From Vulcanimicrobiota bacterium (GTDB taxonomy: Bacteria > Vulcanimicrobiota > Vulcanimicrobiia > Vulcanimicrobiales > Vulcanimicrobiaceae), in contig CAVRQP010000009.1 in the NCBI GenBank assembly GCA_963723445.1, positions 24,623 to 88,622 of the forward strand: a stretch of 64,000 nt of DNA, in the 5' to 3' direction. Both the position numbers and the translations under genes were made by a program. Within the stretch, counting starts at the first letter, position 1. Each line of letters starts with the position of its first letter. The notes under the pieces are model-generated. The model did not search any database. It saw only the letters and a program-made list of their open reading frames with translations, and was not told the origin of the DNA. Positions 9,234 through 18,820 of the stretch are shown here, one piece after another.

Positions 9234-10655
9234 ATGCGGCATGCTCTCGTTTCAACGCTCGCCTTGGTCGGGGCGCTCGGTGCGATCGCGGTCGCCGATC
9301 CGGCGGAGCACGTCAGCTCCCTGAGCGATCAGCATGCCGTCGGGATCACGATCTACAACGCCGAGCTCGCATTGGTCCGCGACCGCCGGCATCTCGCGCT
9401 TCCGCGCGGCGAGTCGCACCTCGCGCTGCGGGACGTCAGCGCGAAGATGCAGCCGGAGACCGCCCTACTGGCGAGCCTCACCGCTCCGGCCGGCCTCGCG
9501 GTCCTCGAGCAGAACTTCGACTACGACCTGCTCTCGCCGCAGAAGCTGCTGGAGAAGTATGTCGGCCGCGACGTCGACGTCGTGCGCATCGATCCGCGCA
9601 CCGGCGAGAGGCACAGCGAACGGGCGCGCGTCCTGGCCACCAACGGCGGCATCGTCCTGCAGTACGCCGACCGCATCGAGACGTCGGTGAACGGCCGGCT
9701 CTCGTTTCCGTCGCTGCCGCCCGACTTGCGCGATCGACCCACGTTGGTCACCGAAGTAAATAACGACACCGCCGGCGAGCAAGACGTCGAGCTGACGTAT
9801 CTCACCGGCGGGCTGAGCTGGAAGGCCGACTACACGGCGCTCCTCGCGCCCAACGACGACCATCTCGATCTGCGCGGCCTCATCACGCTGCAGAACCAGA
9901 GCGGAACAGCTTACCGTGATGCGGCCGTGCAACTCGTCGCGGGCGACGTCAACGTCGTGCAAACCCGTCTCAGGGCGATCGGTTCGGTGGTGGCGAGAAG
10001 TGCGATGGCGGCGCCGCCGCCCCCGTCCGAGCAGGCGCTGTTCGAGTACCATCTCTACACGCTGCCGCGGCGCACGACCGTCGCGGACAATCAGACCAAG
10101 CAGGTCGAGCTCCTGACGGCGACCGGAGTGTCGGTCGTCAAGACGCTCGAGCTGCGTGGCTACGACTCCTACTATCGCTCGGCGTCCGCCGATCTCGGGA
10201 CACGGCTCAAGGTCGGAACGTACATCACGTTCCGCAACCAAGGCGGCCAACTCGGTATCCCGCTTCCAAAAGGCATCGTGCGCGTCTACAAGCGCGACAA
10301 CGCGGGAACCGCGCAGTTCATCGGCTCCGATTCGATCGATCACACGCCCAAAGGCGAAACCGTGCGGCTGCACCTCGGCGACTCGTTCGATCTGACCGCG
10401 AACAAGAAACAGACCGACTTCCGCGTCATCGACTCGAACCGCGACATCTACGAGAGCGCCTACGAGATCGTCCTGCGCAACGCGAAGAAGACTGCGGAAA
10501 CGGTACAGGTGATCGAGCCGATTCCCGGCGACTGGACGATGCTCGCATCGTCGCTGCCCTACCACAAGTCGTCGTCGGCGACGGCGACCTGGTCCGTCCA
10601 TATCGCGCCGGAGAGCGCCACGACCCTCACGTATCGCGTTCGCACGAAGTTTTGA
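9234..10655 (+). CDS. Secreted DUF4139-family protein, copy 1
   Basis: Signal peptide; ITIYN.LALVRDRR, EQNFDYDLLSP.KLLEKYVG, YLTGGLSWKADY, LFEYHLY, FIGSDSIDHTPK. Confidence 0.88.
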   Translation: MRHALVSTLALVGALGAIAVADPAEHVSSLSDQHAVGITIYNAELALVRDRRHLALPRGESHLALRDVSAKMQPETALLASLTAPAGLAVLEQNFDYDLLSPQKLLEKYVGRDVDVVRIDPRTGERHSERARVLATNGGIVLQYADRIETSVNGRLSFPSLPPDLRDRPTLVTEVNNDTAGEQDVELTYLTGGLSWKADYTALLAPNDDHLDLRGLITLQNQSGTAYRDAAVQLVAGDVNVVQTRLRAIGSVVARSAMAAPPPPSEQALFEYHLYTLPRRTTVADNQTKQVELLTATGVSVVKTLELRGYDSYYRSASADLGTRLKVGTYITFRNQGGQLGIPLPKGIVRVYKRDNAGTAQFIGSDSIDHTPKGETVRLHLGDSFDLTANKKQTDFRVIDSNRDIYESAYEIVLRNAKKTAETVQVIEPIPGDWTMLASSLPYHKSSSATATWSVHIAPESATTLTYRVRTKF

Positions 10656-10665
10656 GGCCGCCTCA

Positions 10666-12105
10666 ATGAGCGAGGTCAACACGTTTCACCGTTTTCTCGT
10701 CCTGGCTCTCGCGCTGGCCGGAGCGCTCGGTACGGTCGCGGCTGCCGATCAAGCGGAGCGCGTCAGCCCGTTGAGCGATCAACGCGCCGTCGGTATCACG
10801 ATCTACAACTCCGATCTCGCGCTGGTCCGAGACCGCAGGCATCTCAGCCTACCGCGCGGCGAGTCGCACCTCGCGCTGCGCGACGTCAGCGCGAAAATTC
10901 AGCCGGAGACCGCGCTGCTGACCAGCATCACCGCTCCGGGCGGGCTCGCCGTACTCGAGCAGAACTTCGACTACGACCTGCTCTCGCCGCGGAAGTTGCT
11001 GGAAAAGTATGTCGGTCGTGACGTCGATGTCGTGCGCTACGACCCGCGGACCGGCGAGCGCCGCACCGAACGTGCGCGCGTCCTGGCGACCAACGACGGC
11101 GTCGTGCTGCGCTACGCCGACCGCATCGAGACCGCGGTGAACGGGACGCTCTCGTTTCCGTCCCTGCCGCCCGACCTGCGCGACCGTCCCACGCTGGTCA
11201 CCGATGTCGGCAACGATACCGGCGGCGACCAGGACGTCGAACTCACCTATCTGACCGGGGGGCTGAGCTGGAAGGCCGACTACACGGCGCTGCTCTCGGC
11301 GAACGACGACCGGCTCGACCTGCGCGGCCTCATCACGCTGGAGAATCAGAGCGGAACCGAGTACCGCGACGCGACCGTCCAACTTGTCGCGGGCGATGTC
11401 AACGTGGTGCAGCCGGCACTCACGCAACTCGGCGGCCTTCGATCGGCAGACGTGTACAACACTTCGATGCGCCCGTCGGAGCAGGCGCTGTTCGAGTACC
11501 ACCTCTATACGCTGCCGCGGCGCACGACCGTCGCGGACAATCAGACCAAGCAGGTCGAGCTGATGACGGCGGCCGGCGTACCGGTCGACAAGACGCTGGA
11601 GCTGCGCGGCTCCGACTTCTACTATCGCGCCGCGAACGCGGATCTCGGAACCCGGCTGAAAGTCGGCACCTACGTCACGTTCCGCAACGAAGGCGGGCAG
11701 CTCGGCATTCCGCTGCCACGGGGTATCGTGCGAGTCTATAAACGCGACAACGCGGGCACCGCGCAGTTCATCGGGTCCGACGCGATCGACCACACGCCGA
11801 AGGGCGAAACCGTGCGGCTTCACCTCGGCGACTCGTTCGACGTGACGGCGAACAAGAAGCAGACCGACTTTCACATCGTCGACTCGAACCGCAACATCTA
11901 CGAGAGCGCCTATGAGATCGTGCTTCGCAACGCGAAGAAGACGCCCGAGACCGTGCAGGTGATCGAACCGATCCCGGGCGACTGGACGATGCTGTCTTCC
12001 TCGCTGCCCTACCACAAGTCGTCGTCGGCGACCGCGACCTGGTCGGTCGGCGTTCCGCCGGAGAGCGCCGCGACGCTCACCTACCGCGTCCGAACGAAAT
12101 TTTAG
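10666..12105 (+). CDS. Secreted DUF4139-family protein, copy 2 (tandem paralog)
   Basis: Same motifs; colinear with and highly similar to 9234..10655. Confidence 0.88.
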   Translation: MSEVNTFHRFLVLALALAGALGTVAAADQAERVSPLSDQRAVGITIYNSDLALVRDRRHLSLPRGESHLALRDVSAKIQPETALLTSITAPGGLAVLEQNFDYDLLSPRKLLEKYVGRDVDVVRYDPRTGERRTERARVLATNDGVVLRYADRIETAVNGTLSFPSLPPDLRDRPTLVTDVGNDTGGDQDVELTYLTGGLSWKADYTALLSANDDRLDLRGLITLENQSGTEYRDATVQLVAGDVNVVQPALTQLGGLRSADVYNTSMRPSEQALFEYHLYTLPRRTTVADNQTKQVELMTAAGVPVDKTLELRGSDFYYRAANADLGTRLKVGTYVTFRNEGGQLGIPLPRGIVRVYKRDNAGTAQFIGSDAIDHTPKGETVRLHLGDSFDVTANKKQTDFHIVDSNRNIYESAYEIVLRNAKKTPETVQVIEPIPGDWTMLSSSLPYHKSSSATATWSVGVPPESAATLTYRVRTKF

Positions 12106-12227
12106 GTCGACGAAATCATCGACGGCGAGCGGCCGAGACGGCGACGCGTTGCTTGTTGCCGCCAAACATCGCGCTTGCTACGCTGGCGTCGCGGGATTTT
12201 CCGCTTTACCGAGCGACGGAGGTTCGG

Positions 12228-12419
12228 ATGTCAATCTTGTTCGCGAAACGTATTGCCGGCTGCGCATTTGTCGTAGCATCGGTGCTCGCCACGGTTTCCG
12301 CAAGCGGGGCGCAAGCTTCGGCCGCGCCGGTCTTCAAGCCGGCGACGTCGGTCATTCTTTGCCAGCCGGGGTTCGTCTACCGGTGCGGGCCCCACGGCTG
12401 CTACTGCGTACGCGCCTAG
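12228..12419 (+). CDS. Small secreted Cys-rich peptide (63 aa)
   Basis: GGAGG RBS at 12218-12222; signal peptide ending AQASA; C-terminus CQPGFVYRCGPHGCYCVRA. Confidence 0.7.
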   Translation: MSILFAKRIAGCAFVVASVLATVSASGAQASAAPVFKPATSVILCQPGFVYRCGPHGCYCVRA

Positions 12420-12498
12420 ACGAAACATCGCAGCGGCCCTCGCCATCGCGTGCTGCGCGACGGCGGGGGCCGAACCATGAGCTCCGCGCGGTGTGGCC

Positions 12499-12972
12499 TT
12501 AGGCTCGGTCGTACGCGTCCTGCAGCGCTGCGATGTCGAGCTTCGTCATCTTGAGCATCGCCTGCATGACGGCGTCCGCCTTTTTGTCGTCGTCATCTTG
12601 CAGCAGCTCGGGAAGGACCGAGGGCACGACCTGCCACGACACGCCGTACTTGTCTCGAAGCCAGCCGCATTGGATGGGTTCGCCGCCTTCGGAAAGCTGC
12701 TCCCAAAACCGGTCGACTTCCGCTTGCGTCGTGCAGTCGATGACGAACGAGATTGCCGGGGTGAAGGCGTATTCCGGGCCTCCGTTCAGGGCGACGAACG
12801 CTTGTCCGTCGAGCTCGAAGGAGACGGTCATCACCGCCCCTTCGACGCCGGGCGAGCTCTCCGTGTAACGGCTCACGTTGGCGATCTTCGCGTTGTCGAA
12901 GATGGACACGTAGAAGTTCGCCGCCTCTTCGGCTTGCCCGTCGAACCACAGGAACGGCGTGATCTTTCCCAT
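12499..12972 (-). CDS. VOC/PhnB-like (3-demethylubiquinone-9 methyltransferase family) protein
   Basis: KITPFLWFDGQAEEAANFY, ALNGGP, CGWLRDKYGVSWQVVP. Confidence 0.92.
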   Translation of the reverse strand: MGKITPFLWFDGQAEEAANFYVSIFDNAKIANVSRYTESSPGVEGAVMTVSFELDGQAFVALNGGPEYAFTPAISFVIDCTTQAEVDRFWEQLSEGGEPIQCGWLRDKYGVSWQVVPSVLPELLQDDDDKKADAVMQAMLKMTKLDIAALQDAYDRA

Positions 12973-13381
12973 TACGGCAGCGTCACGATCCACTCGGTAC
13001 CGAGTTTGTCCGTGACCATGCCGAAGCGGCCGCCCCAGAACGCCGTGTCGATGGGCATTCCGACCTGGCCGCCGGCGGCGAGCGCGTTGAAGATGCGCTC
13101 GCCGCGCGCTCCGTCGTCGAAGGAGAGTGCCAGCGAGATGTTGCCGGCGTCGGGATCGACCGCCTTGACGTCGCGTCCGTCGGAGGTCAGGAACGAGATT
13201 TCGTCGGCAGTGAACGACGCGTGCATGACGCGGTTTCCTGAATCAGGCGGCATGTGGCTCGCCACGGGAGTGTCGGCGACCGCATGAGCTCGTAGGTTCC
13301 GCCGAAGACGTCCTTGTAGAACTCGAGCGCCTCTTCGCAGCGTCCGTAGAAGAAGAGGTAGGGTTGTAATTGCGTCGCCAT
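12972..13381 (-). CDS. VOC/PhnB-like protein (frameshift near 13285)
   Basis: MATQLQPYLFFYGRCEEALEFY in one frame; VMHASF...FWGGRFGMVTDKLGTEW in another; TAATG overlap with the next gene. Confidence 0.85.
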
Positions 13382-13398
13382 GGATGTTCCTCCGGTGA

Positions 13399-13845
13399 TC
13401 ACGCGCGAGCGAGTGTCGCGGTCGTGCTTGCAAGTGTGGGATGACCGGCCCTGTCGCTCGACGCGTCCGGCCGCTGAGCGAACAGCGGGGCGAAGCTCGC
13501 GCGATACCGCGTCGCGACGACGGCCCAGAGCGTGGCCACGATCGCGGCTGCCGGCAGTCCCGCCGGCGCCATCGTAACGTGGAAAACGATGATGTTCGCG
13601 ATGACCGCGGCGAGCAGTGCCAGGCCGAGCGGGACGTACCGGTTCGACAGCAACAGGATGCCGGCGATGAGCTCGACGCCGTCGACGAACAGCACCCAAT
13701 ACGACTTGAAGAAGACGTCCTGGAACTGGCCGGCCAGTCCCGGCGGTGCCACCGGCGGGTGCGAGATCAGCAGAAAACCGCTGAGCCCGGCGGCGCAGAA
13801 GACGAGTCCGAGCAAGATTCGCGCGACGTTGACCGTGGTTTTCAT
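13399..13845 (-). CDS. DoxX-family membrane protein
   Basis: ARILLGLVF, VELIAGILLLSNRYVPLGLALLA..IANIIVFH. Confidence 0.85.
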   Translation of the reverse strand: MKTTVNVARILLGLVFCAAGLSGFLLISHPPVAPPGLAGQFQDVFFKSYWVLFVDGVELIAGILLLSNRYVPLGLALLAAVIANIIVFHVTMAPAGLPAAAIVATLWAVVATRYRASFAPLFAQRPDASSDRAGHPTLASTTATLARA

Positions 13846-13896
13846 GACTGGCGTTCCTTTCCGGATCGAGCCGAGGTTCGCCGATATTATCAAGTC

Positions 13897-13915
13897 TACT
13901 TGTAAAAAGCAAGTA
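13897..13915. promoter_or_regulatory. Palindromic operator candidate TACTTG-N7-CAAGTA between the divergent DoxX and HxlR genes
   Basis: Perfect 6-bp inverted repeat in an AT-rich intergenic stretch; a near-identical motif lies at 45327-45343. Confidence 0.65.
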
Positions 13916-13953
13916 CTAGTCAAAAAAAGAAAGTTTGTGCTATCCTGGCAAGC

Positions 13954-14619
13954 GTGAAGACGGCTCGAACCTACGGCCAGTACTGCGGGTTCGCCCGCGC
14001 CCTGGAGGTGGTCGGCGAGCGCTGGGCCCTTTTGATCGTGCGCGACCTCCTGGTCGGGCCGAAGCGCTTCACCGACCTGCTCAACGGGCTCCCCGGGATT
14101 CCGAGCAACGTCCTGACCGCTCGGCTCACGGAGCTCGAGCAGGCCGCCATCGTCCGCCGCCGGGTCCTGCCGCGCCCGGCCCGCGCCGTGGTCTACGAGC
14201 TGACCGAGTACGGATCCGAGCTCGAACCCGTGGTCCTCGAGCTCGGCCGCTGGGGCGCGAAAAACCTCGGCGATCCTCGGCCCGACGAAACGGTCACCAC
14301 CGAGTCGCTGGTCACGGCGCTGCGCACGACGTTCCACCCCGAGGCGGCGCGCGGCGTGCGGGTCGCTTACGAGCTACGGGTCGGCGAAATCGTCCTGCAC
14401 GCGCGCGTCGACGACGGCCGCGTCGAGGTGGCCCAAGGCCCCCTGCCCGGCGCCGATCTGGCGATCGAGGCCGGCCCCGGGATTCGAGCCCTCATGGCGG
14501 GTGAGCTGAGCCCCCAAGACGCGGTCGCCAACGGCATCGTGCGGCTCACGGGAGACGCGCAACTTCTCAAGCCGTTCGCCCGGATCTTCCGGATCGCGCC
14601 GATGCCGGCGTCTCGCTGA
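13954..14619 (+). CDS. HxlR-family winged-helix regulator with C-terminal SCP2-like domain
   Basis: YGQYCGFARALEVVGERWALLIVRDLLVGPKRFTDL, YELTEYG; C-terminal ADLAIEA...GIVRLTGD. Confidence 0.9.
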   Translation: MKTARTYGQYCGFARALEVVGERWALLIVRDLLVGPKRFTDLLNGLPGIPSNVLTARLTELEQAAIVRRRVLPRPARAVVYELTEYGSELEPVVLELGRWGAKNLGDPRPDETVTTESLVTALRTTFHPEAARGVRVAYELRVGEIVLHARVDDGRVEVAQGPLPGADLAIEAGPGIRALMAGELSPQDAVANGIVRLTGDAQLLKPFARIFRIAPMPASR

Positions 14620-14629
14620 CGGGCGTGCC

Positions 14630-15070
14630 CTACGCGTTCAGCTTGGCGTATAGCTGCGTTTCGACCGAGCGCAACGCTTTGCTGATCGGGCAGTTCTCTT
14701 TCGCGCCCGCCGCGATCTTCTGGAACTCGGCGGCATCGACACCGGGGGCGGTGACCGTCGTCGTCAGCTCGATGAGCGCGATGTCGAAGCTCTCGCCGGT
14801 CCGGCGCAAGTGGACGCGAGCCGTCGTGTCCACCGACGCCGGCGGGTGGCCGGCTCGGCTCAGGCCGAGCGTCAACGCCATCGTGAAACACGATGCATGC
14901 GAGGCTGCGAGCAGCTCCTCCGGGTTCGTCCCCGGCTCGGTGCTGAACCGCGTGTTGAACGAGTAGTTGGCGGAAACCGTCCCGCTTTCCGCGTCGATGG
15001 TGCCCTTGCCGCGCGCAATGTCGCCCTCCCAGTGGACCGTTGCGGTGCGTGCGATATCCGGCGTTTGCAT
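14630..15070 (-). CDS. osmC: OsmC-family peroxiredoxin
   Basis: W.G....GKG, TNPEELLAASHASCFTMAL, AKENCPISKAL. Confidence 0.92.
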   Translation of the reverse strand: MQTPDIARTATVHWEGDIARGKGTIDAESGTVSANYSFNTRFSTEPGTNPEELLAASHASCFTMALTLGLSRAGHPPASVDTTARVHLRRTGESFDIALIELTTTVTAPGVDAAEFQKIAAGAKENCPISKALRSVETQLYAKLNA

Positions 15071-15121
15071 GTGCGCCAGGACGCGGGCGGGTGCGCGGCG
15101 GTTGCGGCCGCGACCGTCGTG

Positions 15122-16753
15122 TTATGCCGTCGATCGCGACCGGTCGGGCAATGCACGCAGCTCGTCGCCGGCCGCGTAGAGCGCCGTCAACGTGACGATC
15201 ACCACGACGATCGGAACGATCGCCGTCCACGCTGCCACGGCGAGATTGGTCTGCATGTTCATCATGAGGTTCCCGAGCGACACGATCGGCGGCTGAACGC
15301 CGAAGCCAAAGAACGACAGGGTCAGCTCGAGCAGCAAAGCGCCGGCCATGAGATCGACGACGCTGCCGAGCGTAGCTCGGCTGAGCGGTCGGAACGCCGG
15401 GACGATCGCCGGCCACGAGACGGCGGCGATCAGGAGTCCGGTCACCAGCGGGCTCAGCGAGGCGTGCGGGCTGGACCGTTCGCTGAGCACCATCACCGTT
15501 GCGAGAAGGAACGGGAGTGCGGCGAAGGCGCGAATGCCGGCGACGCCGAGTGTGGCTCGGTCGTCGTACCAGGGAAGCAATTTCGTTGCCTGCGCGACGA
15601 GCGCACCGAACGCCGTTGCGACGGCCGCTGCAAACAACGCGATGCCGAGCGAGGTGCGGATCGCAAAAAGCAAGCGTGTCAGCAGGTCGCGTCCATCCTC
15701 GTCGGTTCCCAACGCGTGGCCGGCGATGCCGGGCGGCAGAGGATGTCCCGTCCAATGGGTGAGGTCGATGAGAGACGGACCGGGCGAGATCAGGTTCGCT
15801 GCCACGGCGCCTGCCGCGGCCCCCAGCAGCACGACGAACGCGACGGCGCCGAGCGCGGAGAATCGGCGCGTGCGTCGGGCGGACGTCTGCGGCAAAGCCG
15901 CGGGCCCGGACCACGTTCGACGCCGAGCTCCGAGTGCGAGCTCGGCGCAGATTCGTATCGAGGCGATGCCGGCACAATACACGAGCAGGCAACCTGCGAC
16001 GAGGCCGATGTCGGACAGCTCGAGGCCGTTGAGAAAGAGCCGCGCAACGCCGGGCCATGCGAAGACCAGCTCGACGATGTAACACGCTGACAACAGCACC
16101 GGCCCGATCAACGAGGCCGTCATGGCAATCGGTGCGACGAGATCACGCGCCGACAAAGCGCGGGCGCCGTCCGCCGCCCGAAAGAAATCGTAGAAGATCA
16201 CCGACGCCCAGGCCCCGAACGGAATCGCCAAGCACAGGACGGGCACGACGAGATGCTGGAGCCGGTCGAGGACGTGGAATCCCGCGACCGAGGACAGTCC
16301 CCCCGTCGGCAGCCCCGGCGTGAACAACAGCACGAGCTGGAGCGATAAGGCCAGCATGAAAACCGGCAGCGCTCGGCCGACCAACTGCGGGACGGTCAGC
16401 GCGCCGCGCAGCAGCGGGGTGCGAGCCCGCGCGCGGAGATAGCCCATGGCGGCACCAAGCACGACGACGACCGTGAAGGCGCAGACGGCGAGCGCGATCG
16501 TAGCCGGTAGTCCGGCGGCGATTGCCCGTGATACCGGTTCCGAGCTCGACGTCGACCAGCCGAGATCTCCGTGGAGCACGCGCAACAGCCATGCGAAATA
16601 CTGCACGCCGAAGGGTTCCCCGGAGCCGGCGAACGGGTGCCGCGAGTACACCGCCATCGCCCCGCCCGGCGCCGCTTCCAACAATCCGAAGACGCCGACC
16701 GTCGTCGCCAAGAGGAGGCCGAGGTTCGTCAGGAGACGATAGAGACGGTGCAC
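15122..16753 (-). CDS. Fused DppB-like plus DppC-like ABC permease (divergent)
   Basis: N-half: APGG, QYFAWL..VLHGDLGWS, LPATIAL, ELVFAWPGV. C-half: HALGTDEDGRDLLTRL, LSFFGFGVQPP..SLGNL. Confidence 0.8.
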   Translation of the reverse strand: MHRLYRLLTNLGLLLATTVGVFGLLEAAPGGAMAVYSRHPFAGSGEPFGVQYFAWLLRVLHGDLGWSTSSSEPVSRAIAAGLPATIALAVCAFTVVVVLGAAMGYLRARARTPLLRGALTVPQLVGRALPVFMLALSLQLVLLFTPGLPTGGLSSVAGFHVLDRLQHLVVPVLCLAIPFGAWASVIFYDFFRAADGARALSARDLVAPIAMTASLIGPVLLSACYIVELVFAWPGVARLFLNGLELSDIGLVAGCLLVYCAGIASIRICAELALGARRRTWSGPAALPQTSARRTRRFSALGAVAFVVLLGAAAGAVAANLISPGPSLIDLTHWTGHPLPPGIAGHALGTDEDGRDLLTRLLFAIRTSLGIALFAAAVATAFGALVAQATKLLPWYDDRATLGVAGIRAFAALPFLLATVMVLSERSSPHASLSPLVTGLLIAAVSWPAIVPAFRPLSRATLGSVVDLMAGALLLELTLSFFGFGVQPPIVSLGNLMMNMQTNLAVAAWTAIVPIVVVIVTLTALYAAGDELRALPDRSRSTA

Positions 16754-16865
16754 TAGCGACCCCCAACTAGCAGTGCGGTGCGAAGCCCGGCCTCGTTATA
16801 TACGGGGCGGCCCAACGCCGGCCTGCTCGCGGGCCGCGCGGCTGAAGGCCGCGAACGCAGGCTGC

Positions 16866-17370
16866 GTGATCTCCATCGTCCGGGCCGGCATCACCACGGT
16901 CGACGTCGATGCGATCGTCAACGCCGCGAACGAAGCGTTCCGCGGCGGCGGCGGCGTCGACGGCGCCATCCATCGAGCGGCCGGGCCCGAGCTGCTCGAA
17001 GAATGCCGGCGGCATCCGCGGCTGCCGGCCGGCCGGGCGGTCCTCACCGCCGGCTATCAGCTCCCCGCGCGCTGGATCATCCACACGGTCGGTCCGGTCT
17101 GGCACGGCGGGACGGCGGAGGCGGCGCTCCTCGCCCAGGCCTACGAGAGCGTGTTTCGCGTCGCGGGCGAACGAACGGACATCCGCACGATCGCATTTCC
17201 GGCGATATCGACCGGTGCTTACGGCTACCCGAAAGGAGAAGCGGCAGCGACCGCCGTGCAGAGCATGCGGCGACACGAAGCGCGCGTTCGACGAGATCGT
17301 CGTGTGTCTGATGGATGCGGAGAACGTGGCGGCGTACGAGGGTGCTCTGCGCGGCGAGGCGGGCGCGTGA
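16866..17370 (+). CDS. Macro domain protein (O-acetyl-ADP-ribose deacetylase, YmdB-like); frameshift near 17280
   Basis: DAIVNAAN...GGGGVDGAIHRAAG, IIHTVGPVW, AFPAISTGAYGYP; the C-terminus AFDEIVVCL lies in a shifted frame. Confidence 0.9.
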
Positions 17371-18820
17371 GCCGCGTTTCGCGATCGCGTTTCCTCACGC
17401 TGCGGCGCCGCGGCCGCGGCCCTGCCGTACGTCGAGTGGGTGCGGCCCGCGCTCGCGCAAGCCGCGCCGTCGAAGCTCTCCGACATCGAGCACATCGTGA
17501 TTCTGATGCAAGAGAACCGGTCGTTCGATCATTATTTCGGCACCCTGTCCGGCGTGCGCGGCTTCGGCGACGCGCGCGCGGTGATGCTGCCCGACGGGCG
17601 CCCGGTCTTCTATCAACCCGACAGCCGGTCGCGCGACGGGTACGTGCTGCCGTTCCACCTCGACACGAAGACGACGAGCGCGCAGCGGCTGCACGACCTC
17701 AGCCACGCCTGGGCGGTGCTGCACGAATCGTGGAACGGCGGGCGTCAAGATGGTTGGGTGTCGGCGCACCTGCAAGAGCAACGGCAGCAGCGGGCCGCTG
17801 ACGATGGGCTACTACACGCGCGACGACTTGCCGTTCTACTACGCGCTGGCCGATGCGTTCACGATCTGCGACGGCTACCACGCATCGGTCATGGGTCCGA
17901 CGAATCCCAACCGGTACTACTGGATGAGCGCCTCGATCGACGCCGCCGGCAAGAACGGTGGACCCGCGACCAACAATCGCGGCAAGCGGTACACGTGGGA
18001 GACGTACGCCCAACGGCTCGAGCGCGCCGGCGTGTCGTGGCGCATCTATCGTCCGGAGATCACCGCCCAGTTTCCGGTCGGGCTCGACGTGATCATGAAC
18101 TTCGCGGCGTTTCAGGATGCGCCCAAGACGTCCGGGCTCTACGAGAATGCGGCCAAGGAGCGTTCGGTGGAAACGATGCTCCAGGACATCCGCAGCGGCA
18201 ACATGCCGCAAGTCACCTGGATCGTGCCGCCGTACGACGTCTGCGAGCATCCCGACGAACTGCCGGCGGCGGGCGAGAACTACGTGCGGCAAATTCTCGA
18301 AGCGTTTCGAGCGAACCCGAAGCTCTGGGCGCGCACCGCGTTCATTGTGGTCTACGACGAGAACGACGGTCTGTTCGATCACGTCGTGCCGCCGACGCCT
18401 CCGCCCGGCACGCCGGGCGAGTTCGTCGACGGCGTGCCGATCGGCCTGGGCTTTCGCGTGCCGTGTCTGGTGATCTCGCCCTTTTCGCGCGGCGGCTTCG
18501 TCTGCGGCGACACCTTCGACCATACGTCGACGCTGCGCTTGATCGAGACGCGCTTTGGCGTGGAGATCCCGAACCTCACCACGTGGCGGCGCGAAACTTG
18601 CGGCGACCTCACCGCCGCCTTCGGCTTCGGCGAACCTCCGGACACGAGTTTGCCGTCGCTGCCGCCGACGGCCGACGCCCTGCGTCGCGTGCAGCAACAG
18701 ATCCGATCGCTGCCCGCTCCGTGCTGCTCCGAGCATGCAAGCGATGCCCAAATCGGAGCTCGCCGCGCATCACGCGCCGCCGCCGCGGGTCTTCGTTATC
18801 CTGAGCTCGTCGAAGGGTGA
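17367..18820 (+). CDS. Phosphoesterase / phospholipase C family, probably Tat-exported; several frameshifts
   Basis: SRSRFL leader; IEHIVILMQENRSFDHYFG, DLPFYYALADAFTICD.YH, GPTNPNR, YDENDGLFDHV, GLGFRVP, FDHTSTLR. Confidence 0.88.

Noticed and set aside
16866-17370. Macro domain as part of an anti-phage or toxin-antitoxin system
   Set aside because: Ordinary YmdB-like sequence; no ADP-ribosyltransferase, sirtuin or other defence gene adjacent.
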